Positions 48,707 through 59,029 of a stretch of DNA of 64,000 nucleotides are shown one piece after another. The stretch covers positions 1 through 64,000 of the IMG/VR virus record IMGVR_UViG_3300042448_000816. One strand, written 5' to 3'. Every line of letters starts with the position of its first letter. The first letter of the stretch is position 1. The notes under the pieces are model-generated. The model made no database searches. It was not told the DNA's origin and worked only from the letters and a program-made list of their open reading frames with translations. The stretch is from a virus. The translations under genes were made by a program, and so were the position numbers.

Positions 48707-49249
48707 TTAAATGGACTCAGACCAAATAGGAATAAATCTTCCGTCTTCTGTCTTCGTATAAGTCAGTATACCATCTCCCATACGCCTTGTCAACTCCTGT
48801 CGACTAGGGGTTATGTCATTAGTAATTAACTTATCATTTCTTGGTCTACCCATGTGGTAGGTAGCCAGTATATCACGAATTTCTTTTACTTGTGATTCTG
48901 AGTAATAGGATCTAACCTGCCACCCAGTTTCCCCACCTTTTTGAGATCCAGTGGGGTGAGGGATAATTCCACGCTTCATTAAGCTGGGCATATATTTTTT
49001 GTGACGATTTACAAGTTCTGCTGTTTGGCCAACAGTGTAGGCTCTTTGTCTATTTTTCTTAAAGTCTGAAATTAGGCAGCTTTCAATTCTGTCTTTTACT
49101 ATATTAAAAACCGACATAATTCCATTAGATTTATTTAGGTGGTGTACTCTTACTAACTCACCGTTTAAGAACCAAACCTTTTTATTTCCTGGTATAGATG
49201 GAAGAGCATTATACTCTGCCATGTCTACCTGGCCGTGTCTCTTGGTCAT
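48707..49249 (-). CDS. MerR-like HTH DNA-binding protein
   Basis: YTVGQTAELVNR..G.IP.P..YYSE..V.EI motif. Confidence 0.7.
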   Translation of the reverse strand: MTKRHGQVDMAEYNALPSIPGNKKVWFLNGELVRVHHLNKSNGIMSVFNIVKDRIESCLISDFKKNRQRAYTVGQTAELVNRHKKYMPSLMKRGIIPHPTGSQKGGETGWQVRSYYSESQVKEIRDILATYHMGRPRNDKLITNDITPSRQELTRRMGDGILTYTKTEDGRFIPIWSESI

Positions 49250-49251
49250 TG

Positions 49252-49695
49252 CTAGTTTGGAATACCCACAGCAATAATGTGAACTTTGACAGCTAGCTGT
49301 CCTGCTGTATTGAATCGAACAATACCATTTACCCCTGAGTTAGTCACGCTTGAAATAACTACAGAAACATCTTTTCCAGAAGACGTTCCTTCAATAAGAA
49401 CTGGGGTAGCAGTAACAATAGGAGGATATTTGTACTCACCTTTAAAGGAGTATGAAAAAGCTTGATCTGTTTCTGCCGTCACTGTTGTTAGTGTTGGATA
49501 GATGATCTCTTCTCCAGCAACAACCTTAGTGTCTGTTAATAGTGTACTTTGTTTTCCTTCTGCTGTATCTATAGATGCATACTTATATCTTGCAGAAGAA
49601 ATCTGAGAAGACAAATCATTAATCGCTTCAACTATTTGATATACATAGTTTACGTCTAGAGGCTGTCCTCTATCTGGTGTTGGTATTCTGGCCAT
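49252..49695 (-). CDS. Putative virion protein
   Basis: F...Y..PPIVTAT...HIIAVG beta-sandwich pattern; lies at the end of the tail module. Confidence 0.6.
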   Translation of the reverse strand: MARIPTPDRGQPLDVNYVYQIVEAINDLSSQISSARYKYASIDTAEGKQSTLLTDTKVVAGEEIIYPTLTTVTAETDQAFSYSFKGEYKYPPIVTATPVLIEGTSSGKDVSVVISSVTNSGVNGIVRFNTAGQLAVKVHIIAVGIPN

Positions 49696-49733
49696 AATTA
49701 ATTATACCACTTATTCCGCTAAAAATCTACCAC

Positions 49734-49922
49734 TTAAGCTGGTGGGTTTAGCTCTAGGTCTGGGAACTCTTGTTCTCTTAAAACTTCACAAAAAACAATT
49801 GTATATCCGCAAATACCACAGGGGTGTGAGGTACTTGACCTTTCAAACCAAAAAGATGTTGCCTGTTCAAATGTAGGGCATTCTGTGTTTGTGCACTTCA
49901 TGCTTAATAAATATTTAACCAT
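49734..49922 (-). CDS. Small Cys-rich protein, possibly a fibre chaperone
   Basis: CTNTEC and CGICG; follows the fibre gene. Confidence 0.5.
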   Translation of the reverse strand: MVKYLLSMKCTNTECPTFEQATSFWFERSSTSHPCGICGYTIVFCEVLREQEFPDLELNPPA

Positions 49923-49929
49923 TTTTTCC

Positions 49930-50742
49930 TTATATCTTAATTATATAGTTTACCACAACGTATGGCTGTAATACGTTTACTGGAACTACTCCGCCAAGTC
50001 CATCTCCGCCTACAGAACTTGTTGTAAAAGCGTGATCGTGCGATGCACTTCTTCCATTGGTTGTGCCAGAGTGGCTGTGGGTGTGGACCCAGGCGTCGTA
50101 TGACGCAGCTCCAGCAATGTTTGAGCCGCCAGAACGGTATGAGCTTCTAAAACCAGAACCAGCACCAGACCCAGAGCCTCCAGCAATAACAGAAGCTGAG
50201 CCAGCACCATGAATATTTAATATTGCCTGGTCACTGCTTGTACCAAACGTGTGGGTATGCTCCTGAGTTTCTGCAGCTGTTGTTCCTGTGTGATTGTGAG
50301 ATGGTATATTTGTAGCTGTTAGAGATACGGCTTTGGCACCACCAGTTTCTCCAAGAACATCGAATTCAGCATCTGTTCCCCTACCCACAGGAATTCTGTT
50401 TTGCAAATTTGGCAAATTAAAAGTTGTAGTTCCATTTCCAGCACCGTAGGCTATTCCAATAGTAGTGAACAAAGAGCTGTATGTTGTTCGTGACACTGCT
50501 GCTCCATCACATAAAAGATATCCTGGGGGTGCTGTTGCACCAGCAAATTGAGAAATAATTCCAGGAGCACCACCGCCAGTTGCGAGAGAAATCCCCTGAA
50601 GACTTGACCACGGAGTAGTTCCAGTTCCCACTTTCAAAATTTGATTTGTGACATCAAACCCCGCTTCGCCAGCTGCAAGGACTGTGTTTTTTGTAGCCCA
50701 ATTTGCAGCAGTATCATTTCTAAACTGTATTAAATAGCTCAT
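49930..50742 (-). CDS. Tail fibre with tail-collar domain
   Basis: PPGYLLCDG.AVSRTTY..LF, FNLPNL, HxH repeats and QPY.VVNYIIK. Confidence 0.88.
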   Translation of the reverse strand: MSYLIQFRNDTAANWATKNTVLAAGEAGFDVTNQILKVGTGTTPWSSLQGISLATGGGAPGIISQFAGATAPPGYLLCDGAAVSRTTYSSLFTTIGIAYGAGNGTTTFNLPNLQNRIPVGRGTDAEFDVLGETGGAKAVSLTATNIPSHNHTGTTAAETQEHTHTFGTSSDQAILNIHGAGSASVIAGGSGSGAGSGFRSSYRSGGSNIAGAASYDAWVHTHSHSGTTNGRSASHDHAFTTSSVGGDGLGGVVPVNVLQPYVVVNYIIKI

Positions 50743-51212
50743 GCACTACCACCGCTAATGCTTGGCTGTAAAGATTTTTCAGCTGTAGATATTGTGAGGG
50801 TAGGGCTCTCAATCTTTTCTGTTCCAGCTAGCTGTATGGCAATTCTTATATCTGTAGCTCCGTAGCCAATTGCAGTTAAGCTAAGTGGCTGTAAGAATCC
50901 GTATGTGTGTATTGGGGAGGATCCTTTAAAAAAGTAATCCCCCCACGTACCGCCAATTTTATAGCTAACAAAAATATCATATAATGCTGCCTTGTTTGCA
51001 TCTCCCCAGGTTACAATGATGTCTGATGGAGTAACCTCAATATTAGAAGTAACAGTTTTAATAAGACTTGTTGCATTTAGGGTATAAATGGGAGACCAAT
51101 GAGACGTTCTGTTCCTGTCGTTTGAAATAATCCTATATCTAATTAAGTATTTTCCATCTGGAGTTAATGGTGGAAGATCCTTTTTTTCGATAGTTACTTT
51201 TTTAGCTGGCAT
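50739..51212 (-). CDS. Minor tail protein
   Basis: Position in tail module; RYRIIS.D.NR.SHWSP motif. Confidence 0.65.
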   Translation of the reverse strand: MPAKKVTIEKKDLPPLTPDGKYLIRYRIISNDRNRTSHWSPIYTLNATSLIKTVTSNIEVTPSDIIVTWGDANKAALYDIFVSYKIGGTWGDYFFKGSSPIHTYGFLQPLSLTAIGYGATDIRIAIQLAGTEKIESPTLTISTAEKSLQPSISGGSA

Positions 51213-52371
51213 TGTCAATGTCCAAATCAACGTCTAGTGCAAATCGAAATTCTACTAGATTTGAAGTATTCGAAACTTTTACTACAGGAAGAGAGTCTTG
51301 AGACTTCACTACAGAATAACCTGTCATTCCGTATAAAGGGTTGATAGATGATACGTTTTCTAGTCTAATTGCGTCAAGAGCTACGTAATAGTCTGAGGTC
51401 GGTGTTCCGCCAGCCCCCAAAACAGATGCCCAAATTTTTACAACATTAACTGAGTTCCATGTAAAGATTGTACTTTTTACTAGCTCGTCTAGCCTTTTGG
51501 TAGCAACAACATATCTATTGGTTGAAAAGTCGTGCTGACCTTCACCAGTTCCATTAGTTAGATCAACTTGAAGCTGGGCATAACTTGTTGCTTCGCCAGC
51601 GTCGTTGTCTGCAAATTCAACTAGAACTTTTACACGAGATGGGTGAACTTCGTTTGAGGCATCTTTGCTGACAACAGAAAATGCAAGCTTTAGCTCGTCC
51701 ATTGCTGAGTTTTTGTTAAGATCAATACTTGCTGCAAGCAAATGTATGTGATTAGACCCAGAGCTGGCTACCATTTTTGATCCTGAAGGAATTGATAATG
51801 TTGACTCATCTCCAGATATAAAAATACTGTTATTAAGATATCTGCAGGACTCGTATCTTTCTAGCCTCTGAATGTCCAGCAAAGTTTTATTATCTGCATT
51901 AGTTTGAAAAACTTTAGAGTCCTGAGTAATTATTTCTGGATCTGTAGTAGCTAATGGTACGTTAATTATAGGAATTGCTGTAGCATTTGTTGCTGTGTGA
52001 TGTTCCCAATTTTCTGTTGTTGAAAAAGAATATACCATTTTGCTATCATAGGCTCCCGCTGTTGGGTTTGATGCAGCAGAGTAAACACCTATTTCTGTAA
52101 TCTCATATCTTTCAACTGTTGGCAACTCTGCAGTCAAAACAATCTTAGACGCACCGTCTTCATTTACATATCCTTTTGAGCTAATGGGAACACGAAACAT
52201 TTCAAACTCTAGATTTTTCTTTTCTAGTATAGAAGAAATTTCATTATTGTTGGGTTCGTGATCTGCTGAATTTGGTTTAGTTCCACAGCCAATAGCAATG
52301 TGTGTTGCGTATGCTGGAGCTTGACCAATAAGGTATTTGGCTAGCAAGTTTTTTCCAACGTTTGTAATCAT
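51202..52371 (-). CDS. Minor tail/baseplate protein
   Basis: MITN.G..IAIG.G...ITEIGVY motif. Confidence 0.7.
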   Translation of the reverse strand: MITNVGKNLLAKYLIGQAPAYATHIAIGCGTKPNSADHEPNNNEISSILEKKNLEFEMFRVPISSKGYVNEDGASKIVLTAELPTVERYEITEIGVYSAASNPTAGAYDSKMVYSFSTTENWEHHTATNATAIPIINVPLATTDPEIITQDSKVFQTNADNKTLLDIQRLERYESCRYLNNSIFISGDESTLSIPSGSKMVASSGSNHIHLLAASIDLNKNSAMDELKLAFSVVSKDASNEVHPSRVKVLVEFADNDAGEATSYAQLQVDLTNGTGEGQHDFSTNRYVVATKRLDELVKSTIFTWNSVNVVKIWASVLGAGGTPTSDYYVALDAIRLENVSSINPLYGMTGYSVVKSQDSLPVVKVSNTSNLVEFRFALDVDLDIDNAS

Positions 52372-53336
52372 GAGCTATAGTCCTCCATATATATTGTAGC
52401 ATCAAAAACTTTTCCAGAAGAGACCATTTGAACCTCTATTTCGTAATCTGCCTTAATGTTAACCACATCAATTATAACATTTTCTGTAGCTGAATCAATG
52501 TATGCAACCAGGGGCGGTAGTTCATTTGTCGTTTGCTGTATGTGATTTTCTAGCTTGATTGGAAAATTCTTAAAGTACGAGTCCGCAGAATCTGGCATCT
52601 TTACCATATTTTGTGGATTATAATCAATAGCTAACTGAGAAATGTTTTTTATTGGTCTGTAGACTATGTTCTGTCCATTGACTGTATCATGTCTAACTAG
52701 ACTAATTAGCTCTAATCCCCCAATTTTTTCTAAAGTTAATTTAAGTATTAGATCAACTGGCAAGTCGTTTATATCAATTAAAACATCTGATGGCGTTGCG
52801 TACTTAACTGGCTCCCTTGCAGAAACCACTAGGGGTTTAGGCATTCTAGCAATTGCTTCTTGCCTTGCTTGCTCTGCAGCTGCTGCCGCAGCTTGCCTAT
52901 CTCTTTCTTCTTGCTCGGCTCTTTTTCTATTTGCTTCGTCTATAGCTGCCTGAGCTGCTGCATTTGCAGCTGCCTGAGCTGCTGCCTGGGCTGCTGCATT
53001 TGCTGCTGCCTGAGCTGCTGCATCTGCTGCTGCCTGAGCTGCTGCCTGGGCTGCTGCATTTGATGATGTTGTATTTGCTGCTTCCTGAGCTGCTTTGGCT
53101 GCTGTTAGCCTATTTTGAGCAGATGTCACAGCCCCGAGATAAAATTTTCTATCGCTAGAATCTTGAGTCTTTTTTGCAACGTAAGCCGCTTCTGCACGTT
53201 CTATGGATCTTTTGTTTTTTGATGCTATGGCACTGTCAAGTGCAGCTTTAAGAGATGATAAAGGGGCGTCAAATCTTCTTAATTGAGCTTGAGCATTATC
53301 AAGCATTTGCTGTGCTGCGGCAACTTCTGCACTCAT
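52368..53336 (-). CDS. Minor tail protein with Ala/Gln-rich coiled-coil N-terminus
   Basis: AAAQ/AAAN repeats at 52940-53070; globular C-terminus. Confidence 0.65.
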   Translation of the reverse strand: MSAEVAAAQQMLDNAQAQLRRFDAPLSSLKAALDSAIASKNKRSIERAEAAYVAKKTQDSSDRKFYLGAVTSAQNRLTAAKAAQEAANTTSSNAAAQAAAQAAADAAAQAAANAAAQAAAQAAANAAAQAAIDEANRKRAEQEERDRQAAAAAAEQARQEAIARMPKPLVVSAREPVKYATPSDVLIDINDLPVDLILKLTLEKIGGLELISLVRHDTVNGQNIVYRPIKNISQLAIDYNPQNMVKMPDSADSYFKNFPIKLENHIQQTTNELPPLVAYIDSATENVIIDVVNIKADYEIEVQMVSSGKVFDATIYMEDYSS

Positions 53337-53338
53337 TT

Positions 53339-56300
53339 TTACACCTCACTCAAATATAAACTCATGCTTGGTCCAGAGCTATCTTTTTTATAATCTATGC
53401 TATAAACAACAAATCTTTTTTCTGGATCAAAAGTTACTTCATCAGAACTATCAGAATAGTCTATGGACACGATATCTCCTAGCTGTATTGTTGGGTTAGC
53501 AAAAATGCTAACGCCTACGGACCTTCTCGGTTTCATAATTTTTGATATTAACCATTTCATTAAGTTGTTAGCTGCATCAGCACTTTGTATATATATAGAG
53601 TCCAACAAAAACTGATTTCTTCCATATGTTATTCTACTAGATTTAATGTCATTATACAATTCTTTTTGTGTTCCTGGAGACAGGATGGTTAGGTCTTCTT
53701 TTAGTTGTGGATTTGAAAAGTTTGAAGTTTTTTCAAAATAATTATCAACAGTTAAATCATAGCGAGAATCTTGAGTAAATGTTATTCCTTGAATTCTTAA
53801 GTAGTTTCCAACTGTTTCATCTAAGAATAAGAATGTGTCTGTAGCGTTAAAGATTAAGAACTCTGCACCATATGCTCCAGCAAAGAATCCAGAAACCGTG
53901 TATCCACGAAGCTTGTTAAATGTTGGAGATATTGATGCGTATAAGGCTGGATAAGCCTTGTCATACTTTACATTAAAGTATGCCATCTCCCTAAAGATAC
54001 TGCCGAACTCTTCATAAAACATGTTATATTTTGGTGGCTGAGATGGGTCTATTCCAGAAAGGTATGTAGGTTGAACAATACCATTGATCGAATATTTCCT
54101 AAATGCTTCATTAGATGATATGTCAGATTTGTTTGTAAAAATTTCATTTGCAATTGGGCCCAGAGAAACGTCAGAGTTTTGACTATAGTTGTTAGTTAAA
54201 GCATAAACATTTTCAAACATGCAGTGAGACGCTCCACGAACAAACAGTGCCACATTGTTTACATTATTTAGGGGGAGTGGGTCTGGATCGTCAACTACCG
54301 CTATCTGAGTATCATTTAGGTATAAGAAAAATCTTCTAGAATTTCCTACTGGTTGATACTCTATAGCTAGATCATAAACAGTTGTCAGCTCTTCAGCCAC
54401 TACCCTTGACTGGCCAGCAAAGTTTCCATCATCAACAATAATAGAGGATAGACCGCTCCAAAGCTTAACTGGTATTCCGTCTTCATCTCTTGTCAAAACC
54501 CATTTTGAGTTTTCTGATCCTGGCGTTGTTAGCGTATAATATCCATTTTGAGAAGGATCTTTTTGTCCAATTAAAGAAACTCTTTGACCAACTTGAACAA
54601 TGGATGGTGCTATTCCTCCAGACGGCAGGATAAGTTCTCCATCCTGAGAAGCTGTTATAGTAGTAGGCGTTGCGGCACCAGGCAAGTTATTGTCTAGGGT
54701 CAGGCTTGTTGCTGTTGGCGTTGGGTCTTTTGTCGGATCTCTTAGAGGAGTCTGAATGTCATAGCTTGTGTTTTTTAATATTTTATAGAAAAATACATTA
54801 GCCACTCCGTCTAAGTCAAAGGTAGAAGGAAGCAGCGATATGTTTTCGGTCTGATTGATTCCAGTGGTGTCTTCAACTGTAAATCCAAATCCAGATATGG
54901 TTACTGCTGCTGATGTTGCCCCAGTTACGGTCCAGGTTCCGAGTGCATATGTAGGCAGATTTACAGGACTAGAGCTAGCTGGCTTTCCAGAATCAAGAAT
55001 AATTTTAGATCCGACTGGGTAGCTTTTACTTGCTGAGCTAACGTACACAACAGCAGAGTTAGAGCTAGTGGCGTTAAATCGTGTAACATTTTTTCTAACT
55101 CTAGAGCTATTTAGCTTATACTTATCTATATTTTTTTCTGATAAAGCTGCTATCTCAAAGTAGTATCCGTTGTTATTTTCTGGATTTAAAAGTGTCGCAA
55201 TTCCACCGCTTCCACCAGAAATAGTTTTATTTTCATCTGGGGTTGTGGTTTCCACATTAAAGTATGTTGTTGCTCCTGAAGCATTCTGAATTGACTTATC
55301 ATTGTTTTCAATTTTTCCGATAATTCTCATTCTTGTTCCAAAATGTTTAAAAGAATTATTTAATGGTTTATTTACGTAAGAAATAAAATCTATTGGAGAA
55401 TCTTCTGAAGAAAACGATGGTCCATTAAATACCAGGGCTGATGCCTGAACAGTTTCTGATGTAGAGGAAAGCTGATTCTTGCTAGATAGCTCTTCGTTGT
55501 GAGAAAAAGATAGATAGTTTTTTATTACGCTAGACCTTGAAGACTGAGTAGCTAAAGACTTTCCTACTCCAGCTGATCCTGTGCTAATGTCCCCAGTAAA
55601 TGCAAAATTTCCAAACAAGTAGTTTGACTTCATTTTACATCCATAAACATTGTCGTTGCTTGTCCACTCAGGGCTTAGTCCTGCAACGTGAGGCACGATC
55701 TTTGTACCAAATTGTTCTCTGCCGTGTTTAGCTACCTCACCGTTGGACATTCTGGTTATGCCATTAAAAGTTTCGTAGTTTGGCTCTGCATAAATTCTTA
55801 CACGTCCAGTTGGATAGATTTTTCCATTAAATGATAGCTTAGAGAAATAGTCTTCGTATTCTTGTGGACTTGTTATCCAAACGTTTCCTCCAGTAAAAGT
55901 AGATCCTGTTACGCTTGATGGCAAAACCGAAACGTTATACTCTACTGCATCATACCTTATAACTTCTCCAGCAGAATAAAAATATCCATTGTATCTTCCG
56001 ATAAACAAAACTCCATCTCCAAAGTCAATAATGTTATTGACAATTTCATGATTTACGACCCTAGGTATTTGATCATTCAAATCTGAGTTCAATGGAATAG
56101 CTGCTAATGCGTATTTGTTTCCAGTTGCTGTTTGTCCATTTGTAGGCTTTATATTTTCTGTTCCTGAAACTTCCCAAAGCAATGCTGGCTTGTATATCCA
56201 GGAAATATTTTTATCTGCAACAAAGGCTTGCTTTAGAGACCCCATAGATTTCTGAATGTACCTTGCTATATAACTTATCTTGCCGTCGTTAAAAACATTA

Positions 56301-58261
56301 TTGTCCTCTGAGGCTATATCTATAATATTTTCTTTATCTGGAATGTTTGTATCTTTGTTAGAGCCGAGCAACACTATATCCGTAGCTCTTTCCTGTTCCG
56401 TTGGCAAAGAGTAGTTTCGACTCATCATAACAAAATTATTATATTCATCAAAGTACATTGCTGTTTGTGTAGCTATAGCAAGATTGTTTAACACTTCTGC
56501 AATAGTCTCTTCTGGGGAAACAAAGAAATACGGAATTATTGGATCACTTTCTCCATCCACTCTTTTGAAGGAATAGTTGCTAAAACCTATGCTATCAAAA
56601 ATTGTTGCAAGTGCATAAGACAACGAAACATTTGGAATTAAAAGTTCTGGGGCCAGCTGCGACTCAAAGTAAAAGAAGAGGTCTCTTAGTGATAATCTAA
56701 GCTCTCTTGTTTTAAGATTAGTCTGAGGGAAAGATTCTGAGTATAAAGTTTTTATTGGTACATAAAAACTTTTCTTAAATCTGTTATTGTTGTTATCTAA
56801 GATTTCAACGTCTGAAATTATCTCATAAAACTTTATTTGAATATTTTTATTTATGTATTTTGATACAATACTTCCCTTTCCAGTTTTTGGGTTCCAAACG
56901 TTGTTTGGGTTAAAGGACTGGTCATAATCGAATAAGGATAAGTCTCCAGTAGATGCTAGTAATTGACCTACTGGTAAACCACTTACCCCTAGGTCCGAAG
57001 CATTTTTAGTTACTGAGTATGAGATTGTTTTTTCTGTTAGGTCAACGGCAAGTCTTGGGGAAAGTTCTATTAGATCAAAGGTTGACCCAAACTTATTCAT
57101 TGTATCTACGACAAGCCTAATTCCAGAAATAAAAATAAATTCTTCATATCCTAGTACTCCAGCTTGTGCTGTGCTATATTTTTTAGGAGTCGTAGTGTCA
57201 GTTACGAAGTTTGTTAGCTGGTCTACATTTTCATCTACCACATACCACCCATACTCTGGGGTGAATTCAAGATACCGATCGTTTTCCCAAATATAGTATT
57301 TTCCAATATCATTTGAGCTTCTTTTAACCAGGTAAGCCTGGCCGTTTTCATTATTTGGTGGAAGAATAGTTGTAGAAGCTACAACTCCATTGCTTATAAA
57401 GTTTACCCTGAATCTTTCTGGCACAATAAGCCCGTAGCCAACTTCTAGATATCCATCTGTACCGATTATTGGCTGGCCATTACTTCGAATAGAATTATTA
57501 TCAAAAGATATTGCGTCTACCCAAACATTATTTTTTAGATACTGAACCTTCCATTTTACTGGAGTTGTTTTATTCTGTTCTCCAAATAGTGGGTCTGTAA
57601 AGAATCCAGCTGGTCCAGAGAATGGCCCTAGGTCAACACTGCCTACCCCAGTTTGCATTTTTACAACAACCCTGTTTACTGGAATTTCTTCCTTGTACAC
57701 AACATAAGGAGCAACGTCTTCTATGTTATGGTTGTTATTAATAGTATTATTTGCAATTCCATACTCTTTTCCATCTTCAGTTCTATAAGAGGTCCAGTAT
57801 TTAAAGTTATCGTTTTTGTCTGGCATGTAGTATCTTGGTCTATTAAACATGTCAACATTGCTATGATGAAGATATTTTCCAGTAATTCCATACCTAAGTT
57901 TATTAATTCCAGATCTAGGTCTAAACTTACCAAAGCAATCTTCCAGGGAAAACAAAAGCTTTTCTTTTTCTTTTTTGGGTTTAAAGATAACTGGTGTTTG
58001 CCCGTCCTCTTTAAATCCTCCATCAACTAGTATGTCTGCATCGGTTGCCCCAGTGTAAAAATTTCCTACGTCTTTAGGGTCGTAGATGTTTGGAATTGAT
58101 CCGTATTTTTGAGTAACTCCTAGTAGAGGTCGGTAGCGATAGTTTCCAATATCAGCGATGTTTTCAAAAAAATTCATGTTCCATTCAGCAATGACTGCAG
58201 CACGAGATTTGATTGTTGAAGATGTTTTTAAATGATCGCCTAACTCTTTGCTGTCAAACAT
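53339..58261 (-). CDS. Large minor tail protein (hub or central fibre)
   Basis: 1640 aa; FDEYNNFV and NP.IQLGDIV.I motifs; second gene after the TMP. Confidence 0.75.
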   Translation of the reverse strand: MFDSKELGDHLKTSSTIKSRAAVIAEWNMNFFENIADIGNYRYRPLLGVTQKYGSIPNIYDPKDVGNFYTGATDADILVDGGFKEDGQTPVIFKPKKEKEKLLFSLEDCFGKFRPRSGINKLRYGITGKYLHHSNVDMFNRPRYYMPDKNDNFKYWTSYRTEDGKEYGIANNTINNNHNIEDVAPYVVYKEEIPVNRVVVKMQTGVGSVDLGPFSGPAGFFTDPLFGEQNKTTPVKWKVQYLKNNVWVDAISFDNNSIRSNGQPIIGTDGYLEVGYGLIVPERFRVNFISNGVVASTTILPPNNENGQAYLVKRSSNDIGKYYIWENDRYLEFTPEYGWYVVDENVDQLTNFVTDTTTPKKYSTAQAGVLGYEEFIFISGIRLVVDTMNKFGSTFDLIELSPRLAVDLTEKTISYSVTKNASDLGVSGLPVGQLLASTGDLSLFDYDQSFNPNNVWNPKTGKGSIVSKYINKNIQIKFYEIISDVEILDNNNNRFKKSFYVPIKTLYSESFPQTNLKTRELRLSLRDLFFYFESQLAPELLIPNVSLSYALATIFDSIGFSNYSFKRVDGESDPIIPYFFVSPEETIAEVLNNLAIATQTAMYFDEYNNFVMMSRNYSLPTEQERATDIVLLGSNKDTNIPDKENIIDIASEDNNVFNDGKISYIARYIQKSMGSLKQAFVADKNISWIYKPALLWEVSGTENIKPTNGQTATGNKYALAAIPLNSDLNDQIPRVVNHEIVNNIIDFGDGVLFIGRYNGYFYSAGEVIRYDAVEYNVSVLPSSVTGSTFTGGNVWITSPQEYEDYFSKLSFNGKIYPTGRVRIYAEPNYETFNGITRMSNGEVAKHGREQFGTKIVPHVAGLSPEWTSNDNVYGCKMKSNYLFGNFAFTGDISTGSAGVGKSLATQSSRSSVIKNYLSFSHNEELSSKNQLSSTSETVQASALVFNGPSFSSEDSPIDFISYVNKPLNNSFKHFGTRMRIIGKIENNDKSIQNASGATTYFNVETTTPDENKTISGGSGGIATLLNPENNNGYYFEIAALSEKNIDKYKLNSSRVRKNVTRFNATSSNSAVVYVSSASKSYPVGSKIILDSGKPASSSPVNLPTYALGTWTVTGATSAAVTISGFGFTVEDTTGINQTENISLLPSTFDLDGVANVFFYKILKNTSYDIQTPLRDPTKDPTPTATSLTLDNNLPGAATPTTITASQDGELILPSGGIAPSIVQVGQRVSLIGQKDPSQNGYYTLTTPGSENSKWVLTRDEDGIPVKLWSGLSSIIVDDGNFAGQSRVVAEELTTVYDLAIEYQPVGNSRRFFLYLNDTQIAVVDDPDPLPLNNVNNVALFVRGASHCMFENVYALTNNYSQNSDVSLGPIANEIFTNKSDISSNEAFRKYSINGIVQPTYLSGIDPSQPPKYNMFYEEFGSIFREMAYFNVKYDKAYPALYASISPTFNKLRGYTVSGFFAGAYGAEFLIFNATDTFLFLDETVGNYLRIQGITFTQDSRYDLTVDNYFEKTSNFSNPQLKEDLTILSPGTQKELYNDIKSSRITYGRNQFLLDSIYIQSADAANNLMKWLISKIMKPRRSVGVSIFANPTIQLGDIVSIDYSDSSDEVTFDPEKRFVVYSIDYKKDSSGPSMSLYLSEV

Positions 58262-59029
58262 TTAAACCTCTTCTAGACTTACGCTAATATTCCATAAATC
58301 ATGATTAGAGCTACCACGTTTTTCAACTGAGTATGTAAAGCTAGAAATATACATTTCAATAATTTCATTGTACTGTTTTAATCTAGAATATTTTTCTGGG
58401 TCATTATTAGAAAATTCTGTATACTTATCGTAAGCAAGGTATACATAAAAAGACCCTTTGTAAGAATTGTACCAGTCTAGTATTTCTAGACCACCTGCTC
58501 CGCCGTCAGACGTAAACTGCTGATCTTTGTAGTATGGAGAGCCGCTGAATTGCTCTACAATCTTTTTTGGTGTTAGGGAATTGTTGTCGTGATCTATTTC
58601 TCTAACCAGAAGCTTGTCTGGTGTTGATGGATTCTTATCGTGGTCTACAGATTCTACTAAGCCTTCCGCTTTTCCAAACTCATTAAATCCTGGAAAGTTT
58701 GAAAAAGATCTAGATGGTAGCATAGTCCAGGATGTGGAAAGCTCTATCTTATCTGCAACATGATAAGACCTCATTCTTCCATTTATCATTCTTTCTCTTT
58801 TTTCAATCCTTAATGAATTAAATTGCAAGGAAGATCTGTTGTCATCTGATAATATTAAAAACTCACCAATTAGTTCTTCTTCTGTTGCATCTGTAGGTCT
58901 AATTTGACCAACTTCAAATCCTGAAGGAATATACAAGCCTTGCTCAGAAATACCTGGATTATTTGCCCAAAGCATAGCTTGTGGACGACCGTATTTTTTT
59001 CTATTAGTCATGTATGCATTAGTTGCCAT
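58262..59029 (-). CDS. Distal-tail-like protein
   Basis: Directly follows the TMP; ERMING.MR..W..LPS..WNIS.SLEEV motif. Confidence 0.65.
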   Translation of the reverse strand: MATNAYMTNRKKYGRPQAMLWANNPGISEQGLYIPSGFEVGQIRPTDATEEELIGEFLILSDDNRSSLQFNSLRIEKRERMINGRMRSYHVADKIELSTSWTMLPSRSFSNFPGFNEFGKAEGLVESVDHDKNPSTPDKLLVREIDHDNNSLTPKKIVEQFSGSPYYKDQQFTSDGGAGGLEILDWYNSYKGSFYVYLAYDKYTEFSNNDPEKYSRLKQYNEIIEMYISSFTYSVEKRGSSNHDLWNISVSLEEV

